Shown in pieces: positions 34,926 to 47,744 of a stretch of 64,000 nucleotides of DNA. Origin of the DNA: Phoronis australis (Eukaryota; Animalia; Phoronida); contig NMRA01001044.1 of the NCBI GenBank assembly GCA_002633005.1, positions 1-64,000 of the forward strand, in the 5' to 3' direction. Position 1 is the stretch's first letter, and each line of letters opens with the position of its first letter. The notes beneath the pieces are model-generated. The model was not told the DNA's origin and made no database searches. It worked only from the letters and a program-made list of their open reading frames with translations. Position numbers and translations under genes: made by a program.

Positions 34926-37299
34926 AAGTATTCCTTATCCCAACTAGCAGGTCTAGTTGACCAGAGCAGGTTATACATGACACTCTTGGACAGGGAGTAA
35001 CTATAATTGTGTCTAATTGCCTGACCCTACAATATAAAATGCAAAATGCTGGCCAACTAGAAAATTGGAATTGCCAAGCAGTAATTAAATTGAAAAGGAA
35101 ACTCATTAACATTGTTAAATGGAATTCTTCTAAAACAGCAAAAAACATGAAAATTATTTGACTAAATATAAGCAATTGTGCATGTTTTATGATCATTCCT
35201 GTACAAAGTTAGACTGACCTACAGAAAGTTGTATCACACTTACCAACTTTTAAAATATCCCCACAAGATGCATTGTCTAAAATTATTTGATAGTCAACTG
35301 AATCATCACTAATGTTGAACTGCCCTAAGGGTTTTCCAAATGTTTATTTTATGCTGGCCCAGCTACATGTACATGTTGAACAGCCTGGGAGTGTTATCAG
35401 CAAACATGTGTTAACAATTGGTTGTCAAGGTTACATTCCTGGAAAGTGACCCATGCAAACCTTTGACAGGCATTTCAAATTTTAAACGGTTGTGGTTCAG
35501 CAAGGACTCTGGTTTAGTGAAGAAATGGCTTGGTAAGTTTTGACTTCAACACTGTATTTGTATTGATATGACTGTAAATTAACATATTTCATTCTTAATA
35601 AGTAGTTTTGGTCTTACAAACAAAAGGGAGTTGTTTTTTGAAACTGATTCTGTGGCTGGTTTAATGGCATGATTCATCTGTGCTCAAATTTAAGTTAAAC
35701 TTCAGAGCTAGAGTTCGTGTAATTCTATGATTTAAACAAAGGCCTAAATTACCTTGATTTCAAAATCTTTTTTATCAACCAAATTGCCATGTATTTGTAA
35801 TGGGTTTTGAAAAAAATAATGTTTGGTCTTTTCAAAAATTGATGTGGGGGGTCATTTTTTTCTTCAACGCATTAAATAACTTGTGTCCCCTTGAAAAAAG
35901 AATATAATTTTATTTTCAAAAAGTTCCACCCTAAAATTGGTCTCAACTTGTTTAATATACTTGGATGAGAATAGAAATGATTTTAATGGTCTTGCAAAGA
36001 GCTGCTAACTAGACCAGTTGTTCTGTGATTAAAATGTCTAGAAATCTATTTTGCGAGCCAAGTCTGAAACAATTACATTACAAATTTTCAATACTTTCCA
36101 AACCGTGAGATTACGTCTTTATTTTAATTGTCCAAAGCGCAATTCTAGATTTATTTTATGATTGATTAACTAAATTATCAAAGCATTTCTGCATTTTCTG
36201 TACAGAAATGGATGAAAATCCTACTAATTTACTTGATGTCATCTAACTGGAATTTTTTCAACTTTTCTTTAGTCAACCGAAGACTTCGAAAACATGCATG
36301 ATGAAGTAAACTCAGATGGCAAGTGAAAGTTCTTGAGAGCCAGCCACCAATGCTATTGTGGCAGTCCCCAATGCCTATGGTGGCAAAAAGATTATGGAGA
36401 GTGACATTAGTCTTACGTCAGTGGACCTCAAGTGCTGATTAGATCTTGAGTGGCCTGCATTTAAGGATTTGGAGTCACACCAGGATTCTGCTTTTCTGGC
36501 AGCCAATATTTTGTTGCTGCAGCTCTTTATACCCCGGAATGCCTCTTAACACATCTCATCAAAAGTCATAAGTGTGTGGACGTATTGTATGGACTTTTTT
36601 GTTCTGAGATGAAAGGCAATTTTTACCTGGACCTAAAAGACATAACTCCTAAGGATCAAGCAGTAAAAAAGTTTAAGATAAAAAGTGGATACCTTTTAAA
36701 TAAGGCAAGTTAAAAAATGAATACCCTTCAAGCATAGTCAAGACGGACTTATAGATTGGTGCATGTTAATAGGAACACTTCTTGTATTTATAAAGTACTT
36801 TACATGCTAGGCAAAACATATTTCACGATACCGTAACATAGATGAAATATTTTGGGAATTGTGAATTCTAATTTTGAACCGCCGTTTTACACATTGTTGT
36901 AAGTTTTGGTTCTTCGTGATGATGCTCAGTGTGAAAACAGAAAATTGTTGGTGCCATATATTTTACAAAATCTTGCATTTTTTGTTCTATTGCATGAAGG
37001 TGCTTTTTAACATNAGGAGGCCTTCCGCAGGCAAAATTTGAAAAACTAGTTGTGCATTTTTTTGCATTCTACAAGTTTAGTCATCATAGACGAGGCCTTA
37101 ATCCAAGCATCATCCTCGACGTGACGCCCATAGAACTTAGGTTTAGTAAACTAATTTGTATAATAAAACTTGGCCGTTTTAGTTATGATGATGATTTATT
37201 GTATTCAAATTCAAGTCTTTTATTAAGCATGATGGTCTGTCCATCGTGTTGAAAAGAATGCGGTGCAGCTGTTGCCACATTTCAACACTCTGTGTTGCT

Positions 37300-37820
37300 C
37301 TTGTTGTTGTTTTTGAGTTTGTTTTTTGGCATCCGCCCCTCTATCAACCAAACCATTCTAAGGATGGTTATGAAAATTGGCACGCATGTTCCTAGTATGA
37401 AGAAGACGACTGACGATTTAGGGACAACTCTGAGTACTGTGGCGTCTTCTAGGCAAATAGGTTTCTATTTAAATAAGCGGTGACGATTTGACATAATGCA
37501 CGCCGCTTAGTTGCCATTTTTACTACGAATCTGTTATGACATCTATCTCTTTATTGGCCAAACCACTTACGAATCGTTACGAAAATTGGTATACATGTTC
37601 TTACTGGAAAGAGCATCGCTGACAGGGATTTTTAGACAATTTTGACGAATGTGGTGCTTCCTAATGGCAGTTCTGCTTTTGTCGCACCTACAGCTGTTAA
37701 CTCCTAAACCCCTGCAGAATATTAGTGAAATTTGACATATGCATTTCTATGTCAATGTAAGACAACAACTTTTGGACTTATCTGACTATACCGCTATTCC
37801 GCCTTAAAGCCAATTTTGTA
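37300..37820 (+). mobile_element. Degenerate HINE-family copy (opposite orientation to the other copies)
   Basis: GGCATCCGCCCCTCTATCAACCAAACC..ATGAAAATTGGCACGCATGTTCCTA is the reverse complement of the HINE repeat unit. Confidence 0.6.
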
Positions 37821-38059
37821 TTTTACGATCTTTGCAGGTCTGTTCCTATTGAGGAGAGTATTGCTGACTTGCTAGTATGTACCCCCTAAAGGCTATTTTA
37901 AGTTTACTAGCAGTGTTTCATTTAGTGGGAATGCTCAATATAGTAATCAATCCTTGTATCTGTTCTATATGCGATGTTTGGGGCATATCAAAGCTCTGCA
38001 TTGCTCGTGTTCACTGTCCCTGTCCTGTACTTATCTACAGATTACACCTTATATTGCAG

Positions 38060-38298
38060 AAATCCTCCTCTGTGCTGTATGGGGAGCTCTCGCCATCGCT
38101 GGTACATCTTTCCAGTTGTACCGTGAACGCAACAATGCGGACTTCCCTGATTGTCCATACAGGGTCCATCAAATCAATAGGCAACGTCACATGTCTGCCA
38201 TCAAGAGGAGCGAGAGAGCGCCACTGTTGGTGAGTGCTGATCAAGCCGTAGGACGACGAAGCCATTACGGCACAGACACCCAGCCAGAAGTCATGTGA
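38060..38298 (+). CDS. TM7SF3: Transmembrane 7 superfamily member 3, terminal exon
   Basis: ttatattgcag|AA ATC.. = (E)ILLCAVWGALAIAGTSFQLYRERNNADFPDCPYRVHQ..ERAPLL..*, resembling the TM7SF3 C-terminus VWGMLAVSGITLQIRRERGRPFFPPHPY..ERTPLL. Upstream exons were not found. Confidence 0.75.
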
Positions 38299-38340
38299 GC
38301 GGCCAACGCCAGTGGTAGTTGAGTTTCATGGAAAATGTTG

Positions 38341-39288
38341 CATCTACTGACCACAAAGAGTTTGTCTCATCAGATGTGACTTTAGGCTTAAGTTAGACAT
38401 CTACTGATTGTGAGCTTTTGTCTCATCAGATGTGACTTTAGGCTAAAGTTAGACATCTACTGATTGTGAGCTTTTGTCTCATCAGATGTGACTTTAGGCT
38501 AAAGTTAGACATCTACTGATTGTGAGCGTTTGTCTCATCAGATGTGACTTTAGGCTAAAGTTAGACATCTACTGATTGTGAGCGTTTGTCTCATCAGATG
38601 TGACTTTAGGCTAAAGTTAGACATCTACTGATTGTGAGCTTTTGTCTCATCAGATGTGACTTTAGGCTAAAGTTAGACATCTACTGATTGTGAGCGTTTG
38701 TCTCATCAGATGTGACTTTAGGCTAAAGTTAGACATCTACTGATTGTGAGCGTTTGTCTCATCAGATGTGACTTTAGGCTAAAGTTAGACATCTACTGAT
38801 TGTGAGCTTTTGTCTCATCAGATGTGACTTTAGGCTAAAGTTAGACATCTACTGATTGTGAGTGTTTGTCTCATCAGATGTGACTTTAGGCTTAAGTTAG
38901 ACATCTACTGATTGTAAGCGTTTGTCTCATCAGATGTGACTTTAGGCTTAAGTTAGACATCTACTGATTGTAAGCTTTTGTCTCATCAGATGTGACTTTA
39001 GGCTAAAGTTAGACATCTACTGATTGTAAGCTTTTGTCTCATCAGATGTGACTTTAGGCTAAAGTTAGACATCTACTGATTGTAAGCGTTTGTCTCATCA
39101 GATGTGACTTTAGGCTTAAGTTAGACATCTACTGATTGTAAGCTTTTGTCTCATCAGATGTGACTTTAGGCTAAAGTTAGACATCTACTGATTGTAAGCT
39201 TTTGTCTCATCAGATGTGACTTTAGGCTAAAGTTAGACATCTACTGATTGTGAGCGTTTGTCTCATCAGATGTGACAAAGTTAGACAT
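38341..39288. repeat. 56-bp minisatellite, ~17 copies
   Basis: Unit CATCTACTGATTGT(G/A)AGC(G/T)TTTGTCTCATCAGATGTGACTTTAGGCT(A/T)AAGTTAGA; exact 56-bp period from 38398 to 39238. Confidence 0.97.
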
Positions 39289-41754
39289 TTCATCTTGTTC
39301 TCCCTACAGCCATTTAATCTCATTTCGGTGCAGTATAAATAGCCTGAGAATATCCTAATAATTGGTACCTAAACTGATCATTTGTTTTGCTTAAATCTGA
39401 TGTGCTCTCACTTATCAAGCTGAAATTGTATTATAGTTATAAGTCTGCGTTCCAACAAAGAAGCAAACATTTGATTTAAAAACTTTCCACTTAAAAATTT
39501 GTGTCGACTTGTTCCTTACTAAGATGAGAAATGATTTGTGGGTTTGTTAAGAATCAGCAGTTTAATTGACCAATCTGGGCACATCAAGTGACTAGACACT
39601 ACTCATATCCTACTTATGCAGCCTAGTCTTAGCAATAATGAATTGTAGCATGATAACTATGTCTAATTTGACTAAGGAACAAAGCAAAATTGGAGGCCAA
39701 ATACATTAATGTAAGTGGTTTAAATCAAATGTTGGTTCTTGTTTGGGAAAGAGGGTTGACAACAACTTCATGTAATGGCTAGGCTAGTTTGAGGCACTAC
39801 AGTGTCATCTAGTCACAAGTTAAATTCACATACTCTCACAGTTGTAAACAGCCAACACTGCAACGTGGCAGCAGCGAATGTTGTCAAGCTATTCTGATAA
39901 TGGTGGGAATATAAGACAAAATTTCTGCTGTAAGTCAATTTCCATTGGCATGGGCTTCAGGTTTTTTGGTAAAGGAGACCCTGTTGAAGCATGCCTTCTG
40001 ATTAAGCAATGTCTACATTCTCGTCTTTTATATTACTTGGACACATTCCTATTATTGTATCGTATACTTCTTTACTGGAAAAGCTGTGTGGGAACACATG
40101 TCCACAAACTCTGTATGCAACAGTTGATTAAATACTTTTAAGCCATGTATGAAAAGTAAGAGCTGTGTTTGATTGAGGCATTCCCATGACAGCTGGGTGC
40201 AGTCAGCCATGAATAGACACCTAATAAAGCCGTGACAATCTATAGGCACTTTAAAATCACTGCATATGGAAATAATGACATGTTGATCCACAATAGTCCA
40301 ATCAGGTGACACAGGTGGAGAACAGACTGTACAGGTAAAGGTCAAAGTGCATTGCAGGGAAGAGACGAGAAATCAAAACAGTTGGAGCTCAAATGAACCA
40401 ATGTTTCTATTCAGATAGCACTCAGCATGATTCAACCTTATGTGCATAGCCTCCTTTATGAGGCGCCTGAGGGTGGCATTCTTCTTGCCCAAGATCTGAA
40501 CACCAGAGTAATCTGTAGTGTAACCAGTGCTAAATGAATGGTTAAGAACACCACTGTGTGTGTCTTTACATTGTTCTTTGACTCTGATGCTGAGAATCCT
40601 TTTGGTTATTCCAATTCTTCATATGTGCCACCTGATTAGAATATTGTGAACTTTTGTCTTGAGAATGGTTTAGAGACAATGAACCAAAAGGTACTCCAAT
40701 ATGTCGTTATTTACGTAATGCGCCGATTTTAAAGTTAGCACTCTTATTTTGGCCAAAACCAAATGTGACAATCTATTCACAGCTGGTCTTTTGTTGGAGG
40801 TGGTAGTGTCAACCTTACCACTGTGTTCTGGTTATTACACTGTAGTATCGTATGGAATCTGGTTTGGGGTAAGCTTGCTAACTGCTAATCAATTGGATTA
40901 GGCCAAAAAGCACTGTTGATTTTCGTATTTTTTTGTAAAATTGAGTTTGTGGTCCAACATTTTTTTAAATGCTCATTTTTTCAAAACAGAAACTCCGTGA
41001 CGTGGGATTTTTTTGCACATAGCTTGACAAATCATGGCATTTCAAACCTTGCTTACCGTAACTTTTCAGAAAAAAAAGCGAGAGGTTGGTTGAACTGGAT
41101 AGGGGTTGCCCTTTTTTTAGTCTTTGTTATTGCAGGTCTGAAAATGGCCTGAATGATTCACTGCCCTGGTGGTACCTAAGTAAGGGAAAGAACTGGTTGA
41201 TGTGCATTGCAAAAGAAATTGAGATCAAGTAAGAACTAGAATATACTGATAGTTCTCCAAGTGGTTGTTGTTATGGTAACCACGGGCATTATGCATCTTC
41301 TGCTTATTTTGTTGTCTCAGTGACATGTCAATTTGGGGAGAGTTGATTTGGTTGTACTTTGTTTACATATAAACAGCTTTCTATAATTTGACTTGGTTCA
41401 TGACAAACACTTTTACAGCCATAGGTCTTCCTCTGTTCCATGTTATGACTAGTGTTTATGATAATTCTGTATGGAGACAGCTTTGTAGTGTTTTTCTTGG
41501 AGTTAACAAGGAATGGTGGCATGTGAAACACTTGTTGAATGTTTTCTGAAAAGAAGCCACTGGAAAATGTCTTATGATTTAACTTAAAATTTTGCTACTA
41601 TAAACTATTTATATTTTGTTAAGCTTTAATAACTTTATTCTGAAATTTTGTATTGAAGAATGTATGGCAGTGATGCTTTGTTGAATTTGTTTAATAATAA
41701 TTGTTCAAAATTCAGGTTTCTTCTTTTATCATTGTGCAACATCTCTTATAGACC

Positions 41755-42608
41755 GGCAGCCCAGAGCAGTTAGCATAGATGAACAGGTACCAACATCTGA
41801 GCATAGGAGCACTTAATAATTCACCTCAGTATAGGTATACAGAAATGGATGTCTGCCGTTGTCTGCTCTCTGGGTGTGAGCCCTGGGTACCTTACAAGGG
41901 GGCCAAAAATGAGCTACATTAGATATTTGAGGTATGGGCCAAAATTACTGCATTGAACACTGAAGGACCCATGACGGACAAATTGCACTCTGGAATGAGT
42001 CTGGCAGAAACCAAAAAGGAATTTCAAAAAAATGAGCTAGCTCGTGCATTCGAGGTTCCACAAATATCAACAATCTGTCCCAACATAGACTAATATCTAT
42101 GGTCCCAATGAACTTCGGATTACCCATGATTGACAAATTGTCCTCTGGGAAGGGTTCACCGGAAACTCAAAAACGACACCCAAAAGGGAGTTAGCTCATA
42201 CATTCGAGGTACTACAATGAACAATTGTGTGTTATTCAAATAGATGTTCCTGGTTACCAAATGGCCTGTGACAAAACCCCATTCTGGGTTGTGTGCGCGA
42301 CTGGGTGAGCTAGCTCATTTTGGGGTCCTTTTTGGATTCTGCCGGACTAATTCCAGAGTGAAATTTGTGTCGTGGGTCTTTCGGTATTCAGTACAGTACT
42401 ATTGTCCCCGTTTTAAATCGGTTTCGACAGGTACCTCGAATATCTAATGTAGCTCATTTTTGGCCGCCTGGTAAGGTCCCCAGGGGTCACACCCAGAGTG
42501 CAGACAATGACAGACGTCCATTTCTGTATTTACTGCGGTGCACTCTAAGTGCTCCTATGGTCCAATATTGGTATCTCGTTCATCTATGATAAGTGCTACG
42601 GGCAGCTC
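41755..42608. mobile_element. Foldback-type MITE with ~290-bp terminal inverted repeats
   Basis: 41755-42042 is the imperfect reverse complement of 42307-42608 (e.g. CATAGATGAAC/GTTCATCTATG, AAAATGAGCTACATTAGATATT/AATATCTAATGTAGCTCATTTT). Confidence 0.8.
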
Positions 42609-42996
42609 AGTAGTACTGACCAACTGTTTCAACTTATTACGATACACGTCAAAATAAAAAAGCAATATTGAGAAAATCATGGGCCACTCAGCATTGAAAA
42701 TGATGTGGAATTTCCCATTCTAACCATAGGCAGATTTAGGGGGGGGGGGGNAGATTGTGTTCTAGTGTCGAGGACATCCTGCAGTACATGTACAAATTAA
42801 GTAGCCAGACACGGATCACATCCTGCATCACATTAAGGTTACTCAGATATGAGCGTACTGTATAAACAGGAATGAAACCTTTCCAGAAGCTTAATATACA
42901 CAATGTTAAGTTAAAACTAAATTGGCAAAGATGAAATTGAAAATGGACTCGAGGGTATTTTAAGGCATGATCACAATAAGTTCATGTGTCACTTAC

Positions 42997-43066
42997 TTGT
43001 TCACAAATGGCTGGATAAGTGAGGACGTGGGAGGTACATGTACTTGCTCAGGCTTTTGAAATGTCC
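42997..43066 (-). CDS. PARN: PARN exon following the DEDDh nuclease core
   Basis: tttttgtag|GG ACA TTT..AAC AA|gtaagt = GTFQKPEQVHVPPTSSLIQPFVNK, cf. PARN [24 protein letters not shown]. Confidence 0.85.
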
Positions 43067-43895
43067 CTACAAAAATCGCATCAACAAATTGCAAACCAGC
43101 TTAGAAGAGATTGAAAACCAGGTCAGTTTTAGTAAGAGTTATTCACCAGTAGATCACATTATCAAACTCCCAAGGTTTTATTCAGAAACATATGAGCAGA
43201 ACACATAGTTGAATACTTTATTATAAATTTTTCAAAGACCTTTGAAAGAATCCCTCACAAATCATTTTTTTGTAAAACTCCAAAGAAGAGTCGGTCTCAA
43301 GATAACTTTGTGAAGCCACTGTGTAATTCAATGAAGATCTGGCTGAATTTGCTTACAAATAATCCTGGTAATATACAAATATCCATGCTCAGCCAAGTGA
43401 CTTGACAGCGACAGTTAGAACCAATGTAAAACAGCATTGGCAATGTCTTGCCCAAGTTGTCTTTGAGTCATCATACATGTAGATGTATTGAAAATTATGG
43501 GGAAAAACATAGATTACTTATTAAAATTATGATTAAATACATACATTATTTATTAAGCTAAAAAGTCTGAAATGCTTCCCAAAAATACTCTACGTGTCGA
43601 TCAAACCATTGACCAGCGCAGACAGCAAAGGGAGATGAAAGAAAACAAAAAGATGAAGAAAACTGGTAGCAAACCAAAAAAGTGATGGTATCGTCATAAA
43701 GCATTACAAAATAAGACAAAACAAATTGCTTTGAAATTTTCTTGATACTTCGACTAGAAGAGAGGTGTCAATTATTGCTTTTTGGCAACTACTGTGGGTC
43801 CATCAAGACAGTAAACAGCCGTCATTTCTTCACTATGGACCCACTGGCTGACTCAAATCGACTGTTCTGTTAGTCTTTGACTGGACTGGACCTAC

Positions 43896-44006
43896 CTAAG
43901 TAATTGCTGAGGCCTATGAAACACAAGCCTGTGATAAAAGCATCATAGCCAGCTTCGTGTAACGGCTCAGATGACGTACTGTACTTCTCAAAACCATCGG
44001 CCATCT
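43896..44006 (-). CDS. PARN: PARN exon with catalytic His/Asp (copy A)
   Basis: [37 protein letters not shown](G); the LHEAGYDA motif; AG/GT boundaries. Confidence 0.93.
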
Positions 44007-44687
44007 CTGCAATAATAGCAAGTACACAGACTGATGTTTTCACAGCCACTTTCAGACTCCACTTGATACAAGCAAAAATGTGCAGCATCAACACAGGACA
44101 AAGAGTACAGCATAATCTCGCCAATTAAGGACACATTAGGAAGGACAGGCAAATAGTTTTTGATGTTTTCATAAAAGATGAGCAATGTCAGGTAAGATAA
44201 ACCCTTCAGCACATTTTATATTCAATACCTAACCATAACTAGCAAACATCTTTCTCGCAAATTGTGAGAATTCAAAATGGTGCCAGAAATCCCCTAAAAT
44301 GAAAAAAAAAAAAATTTTGGCACTGATTGGTCGGAAAGAAGATATTTTAACGTACTATACTTTGGTGGTCTGCTTTTGTATAGTACTGTACTTAGGATGT
44401 TGAGAACAAAATAGAATGGTGACCAAACATTAACACAAACATGAACATTTGGCAAATATAGGCAACGAATGTCATTACTGAATTTGTTTCATACTCAAAT
44501 CAGTGACTGTGACTCATGCTGTTAGGTACAGAAAAAGGGCTTTTACTTGCAAGAGAAAACTTGAACTTTGTAAGTGAAAACCGGCTGCTAAAAGATTGAT
44601 AGATTACCCTCTTATTTTGTATGCTAAAATTGACAGACAAGACTAATTCTTTTATGTGTTGTCTATGACAAACACTTGAAACCTCAC

Positions 44688-44850
44688 CAACTTCAGGTTT
44701 AGTGAAGGGCTTCAGCTCCAAGACTTTCTGAAGGTCACCGAGGGCAGTATTGAGTATGTGCTCCTTATAAGGATGTGACGTTGCCATCACTTTAGTGTCG
44801 AGGAGTTGTGGAAAGATGGATTTGACCACCTCCTTGAAGTCAGCGTAGTC
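44688..44850 (-). CDS. PARN: PARN exon (copy A)
   Basis: DYADFKEVVKSIFPQLLDTKVMATSHPYKEHILNTALGDLQKVLELKPFTKPEV; FP.LLDTK motif; ttccag| and |gtgagg boundaries. Confidence 0.92.
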
Positions 44851-45037
44851 CTGGAACAATTAACAACAAGCTCACACTTAAGGTTTATATAAATTGTGGG
44901 ACCTTAGTAACAAGACTATGTACTTAGCAAAATATCTACAAAATTAGATTTTAAAACAACAGAGTATAAATAACATGACCCCATCCCGCTTGATATAAAT
45001 TTTCAAGATGAAATCTCACAAAGGCTGTTAGAGTTTC

Positions 45038-46014
45038 AAACAAGAGCAACGCAGAGCGTTGAAATGCGCCCACAATTGCGCCGTATACGGTATCCTTCTA
45101 GGGTTGTTTATTGGTACCATTAAGTGGCCAGTAGAGGGCATATATGTAGTATGTTGTACTTTGCAAAATGGAAAGGCATGGTCATTGTCTCCTCAATAGG
45201 CTAAGGGCAAAATGTTTGGTTGATAGAGGGGTGGACGCCAAAAAACAGACTCAAAAACAGTAAAAATGGCCACTGGGTGTCGCAAACTAGGTCGAATCCA
45301 TCCGAAAACGGGAGGATAGCGTCATCGCACTAATAGGTGCCTACATAACAAATTTCATGAAAATCCATTAAGGACTTGTGAAGATACAGAGGTAAACGTA
45401 AAAAAATAAAATTGCCACTAGGGGGCATACTGGTAGGCGGATCCGTGCAAAAGTCGTCATCATCTGTTGTTAACATCATATAAATAGACTTATTAAATTT
45501 CGTAAAGATCCTACGAACGGTTTAGGAGATACAGCCATAGGCGCAAAAAAACAAAACTGCCACTAGGAGGCGCCACAGTAGTCCAAATCATCTGAAAATC
45601 ATTGTCAGCTGTCCTCTTTATAGTAAGCATATACATGCCAATTTTCACAATCATCCTTTGAGCGGTTTGGTTGATAGAGGGGTGGACGCAAAAATACAGA
45701 CTCGAAAACAGTAAAAATGGCCACTAGGTGGCGCAAACTATGCCGAATCCATCTGAAAATGTAAAGATAACGTCATCTCACTAATAGGTGCCTACATACC
45801 AAATTTCATGAAAATCCGTTAAGGACTTTTGAAGATACAAAGGTAAGCGTAAAAAATTAAAATTGCCACTAGGGGGCACACCGGTAGTAGCATCCGTCCA
45901 AAAGTCGTCATCTTCCGTTGTTAACATCATATAAATATACTTACACAATTTCGTAAAGATCCTGCGAACGGTTTAGGAGATACAGCCATAGGCGCAAAAA
46001 AAAAAAACAAAACT
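45038..46014 (-). mobile_element. Young HINE/Helentron-associated element in a PARN intron, truncated by an assembly join
   Basis: AACAAGAG-CAACGC aga GCGTTG (hairpin)-AAATGCGCCCAC terminus; internal repeat with ~451-bp period (45218/45669, 45526/45977). Absent from PARN copy B at ~47168. Confidence 0.8.
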
Positions 46015-46015
46015 N

Positions 46016-46123
46016 AGTAATTGCTGAGGCCTATGAAACACAAGCCTGTGATAAAAGCATCATAGCCAGCTTCGTGTAACGGCTCAGATGACCTACTGTA
46101 CTTCTCAAAACCATCGGCCATCT
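46016..46123 (-). CDS. PARN: PARN catalytic exon (copy B, cut by N at 46015)
   Basis: [36 protein letters not shown]; near-identical to 43896-44006. Confidence 0.85.
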
Positions 46124-46809
46124 CTGCAATAATAGCAAGTACACAGACTGATGTTTTCACAGCCACTTTCAAACTCCACTTGATACAAGCAAAAATGTGC
46201 AGCATCAACACAGGACAAAGAGTACAGCATAATCTCACCAATTAAGGACACATTAGGAAGGACAGGCAAATAGTTTTTCATGTTTTCATAAAAGATGAGC
46301 AATGTCAGGTAAGATAAACCCTTCAGCACATTTTATATTTAATACCTAACCATAACTAGCAAACATGTTTCTCGCAAATTGTGGGAATTCAAAATGGTGC
46401 CAGAAATCCCCTAAAAATGAAAAAAAAAACATAATTTTGGCACTGATTGGTCGGAAGGAAGATATTTTAACGTACTATACTTTGGTGGAATGCTTTTGTA
46501 TAGTACTATACTTAGGATGTTGAGAACAAAACAGAATGGTGACCAAACATTAACACAAACAAGAGCATTTGGCAAAAATATGCAACGAATGTCACTACTG
46601 AATTTGTTTCATACTCAAATCAGTGACTGTGACTCATGCTGTTAGGTACAGAAAAAGGGCTTTTACTTGCAAGAGAAAACTTGAACTTTGTAAATGAAAA
46701 CCGGCTGCTAAAAGCTTGACAGATTACCCTCTTATACCGTATGCTAAAATTGACAGACAAGAAGACTAATTCTTTATGTGTTGTCTATGTCAAACACTTG
46801 AAACCTCAC

Positions 46810-46972
46810 CAACTTCAGGTTTAGTGAAGGGCTTCAGCTCTAAGACTTTCTGAAGGTCACTGAGGGCAGTATTGAGTATGTGCTCCTTATAAGGATGTGA
46901 CGTTGCCATCACTTTAGTGTCGAGGAGTTGTGGAAAGATGGACTTGACCACCTCCTTGAAGTCGCCGTAGTC
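46810..46972 (-). CDS. PARN: PARN exon (copy B)
   Basis: DYGDFKEVVKSIFPQLLDTKVMATSHPYKEHILNTALSDLQKVLELKPFTKPEV; duplicate of 44688-44850. Confidence 0.88.
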
Positions 46973-47666
46973 CTGGAACAATGAACAACCTCACACTTAA
47001 TGTTTATGTAAATTGTGGGACCTTACTGACAAGATTATGTACTTAGCAAAATATCTACAAAATTATAGATTTTGAAACAACAGAGTATCAACAGAGTATA
47101 AATAACATGACCCCATCCCACTTGATATAAATTTTCGAGATGAAATCTCACAAAGGCTGTTAAAGTTTTAAAAAATTGTCATTCTCTTTTCGTTTTATGC
47201 AACTTTTGAGTTTTTCAGTAAGACCATAAGAACACTATTTTTGACAGCCTCTCGAGCAAAAACAGATCATTTTAAAAAGTTACAATTCCTTAAGGCTTTT
47301 TGGAGAACATGGTATACAGCGTAGTTTCATAAGAATCTGATCAGCCATTAGAGAGACAGGCCGTTTCAAAATTAGTCTATCATGGATATTTTTCTAATGT
47401 TCTACATAATCTCAACAGAGGCAGAACACCAGTTGTGAAGATGCAACTTCTTAAACATACTCCATCCTGTAATTGAGTACAGCAATGCAATTTCTAGAGA
47501 TAAGTGAACGTAAATATTTGCACCTGCATAAACATTCACCTTCTGAAAATTCCACAAAAGAATGAAGCTCAAATTCATAAATTACAATGAAATTCAGCTC
47601 AAACAGATGTTTCAAAATCTAAATGTAAGCGTCCAACGTCAACACAAAAGCCATTACACATTGTAC

Positions 47667-47744
47667 CTGAGGCAGGGGACAGTTGAAGTGATTGATCACA
47701 TGTATAAGATCTAGTAGCATGTTATGTCCAACGACCACCTTCCC
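47667..47744 (-). CDS. PARN: PARN exon with the ExoII Asp (GHNMLLD)
   Basis: cttttcag|GKVVVGHNMLLDLIHVINHFNCPLPQ|gtacaa, cf. PARN [25 protein letters not shown]. Confidence 0.93.

Noticed and set aside
38341-39288. CRISPR array or hammerhead-ribozyme satellite (minus strand contains CTGATGAG)
   Set aside because: Units are contiguous with no unique spacers, and there are no cas genes in this eukaryotic context. The hammerhead GAAA core after stem II is missing (ACAA instead).
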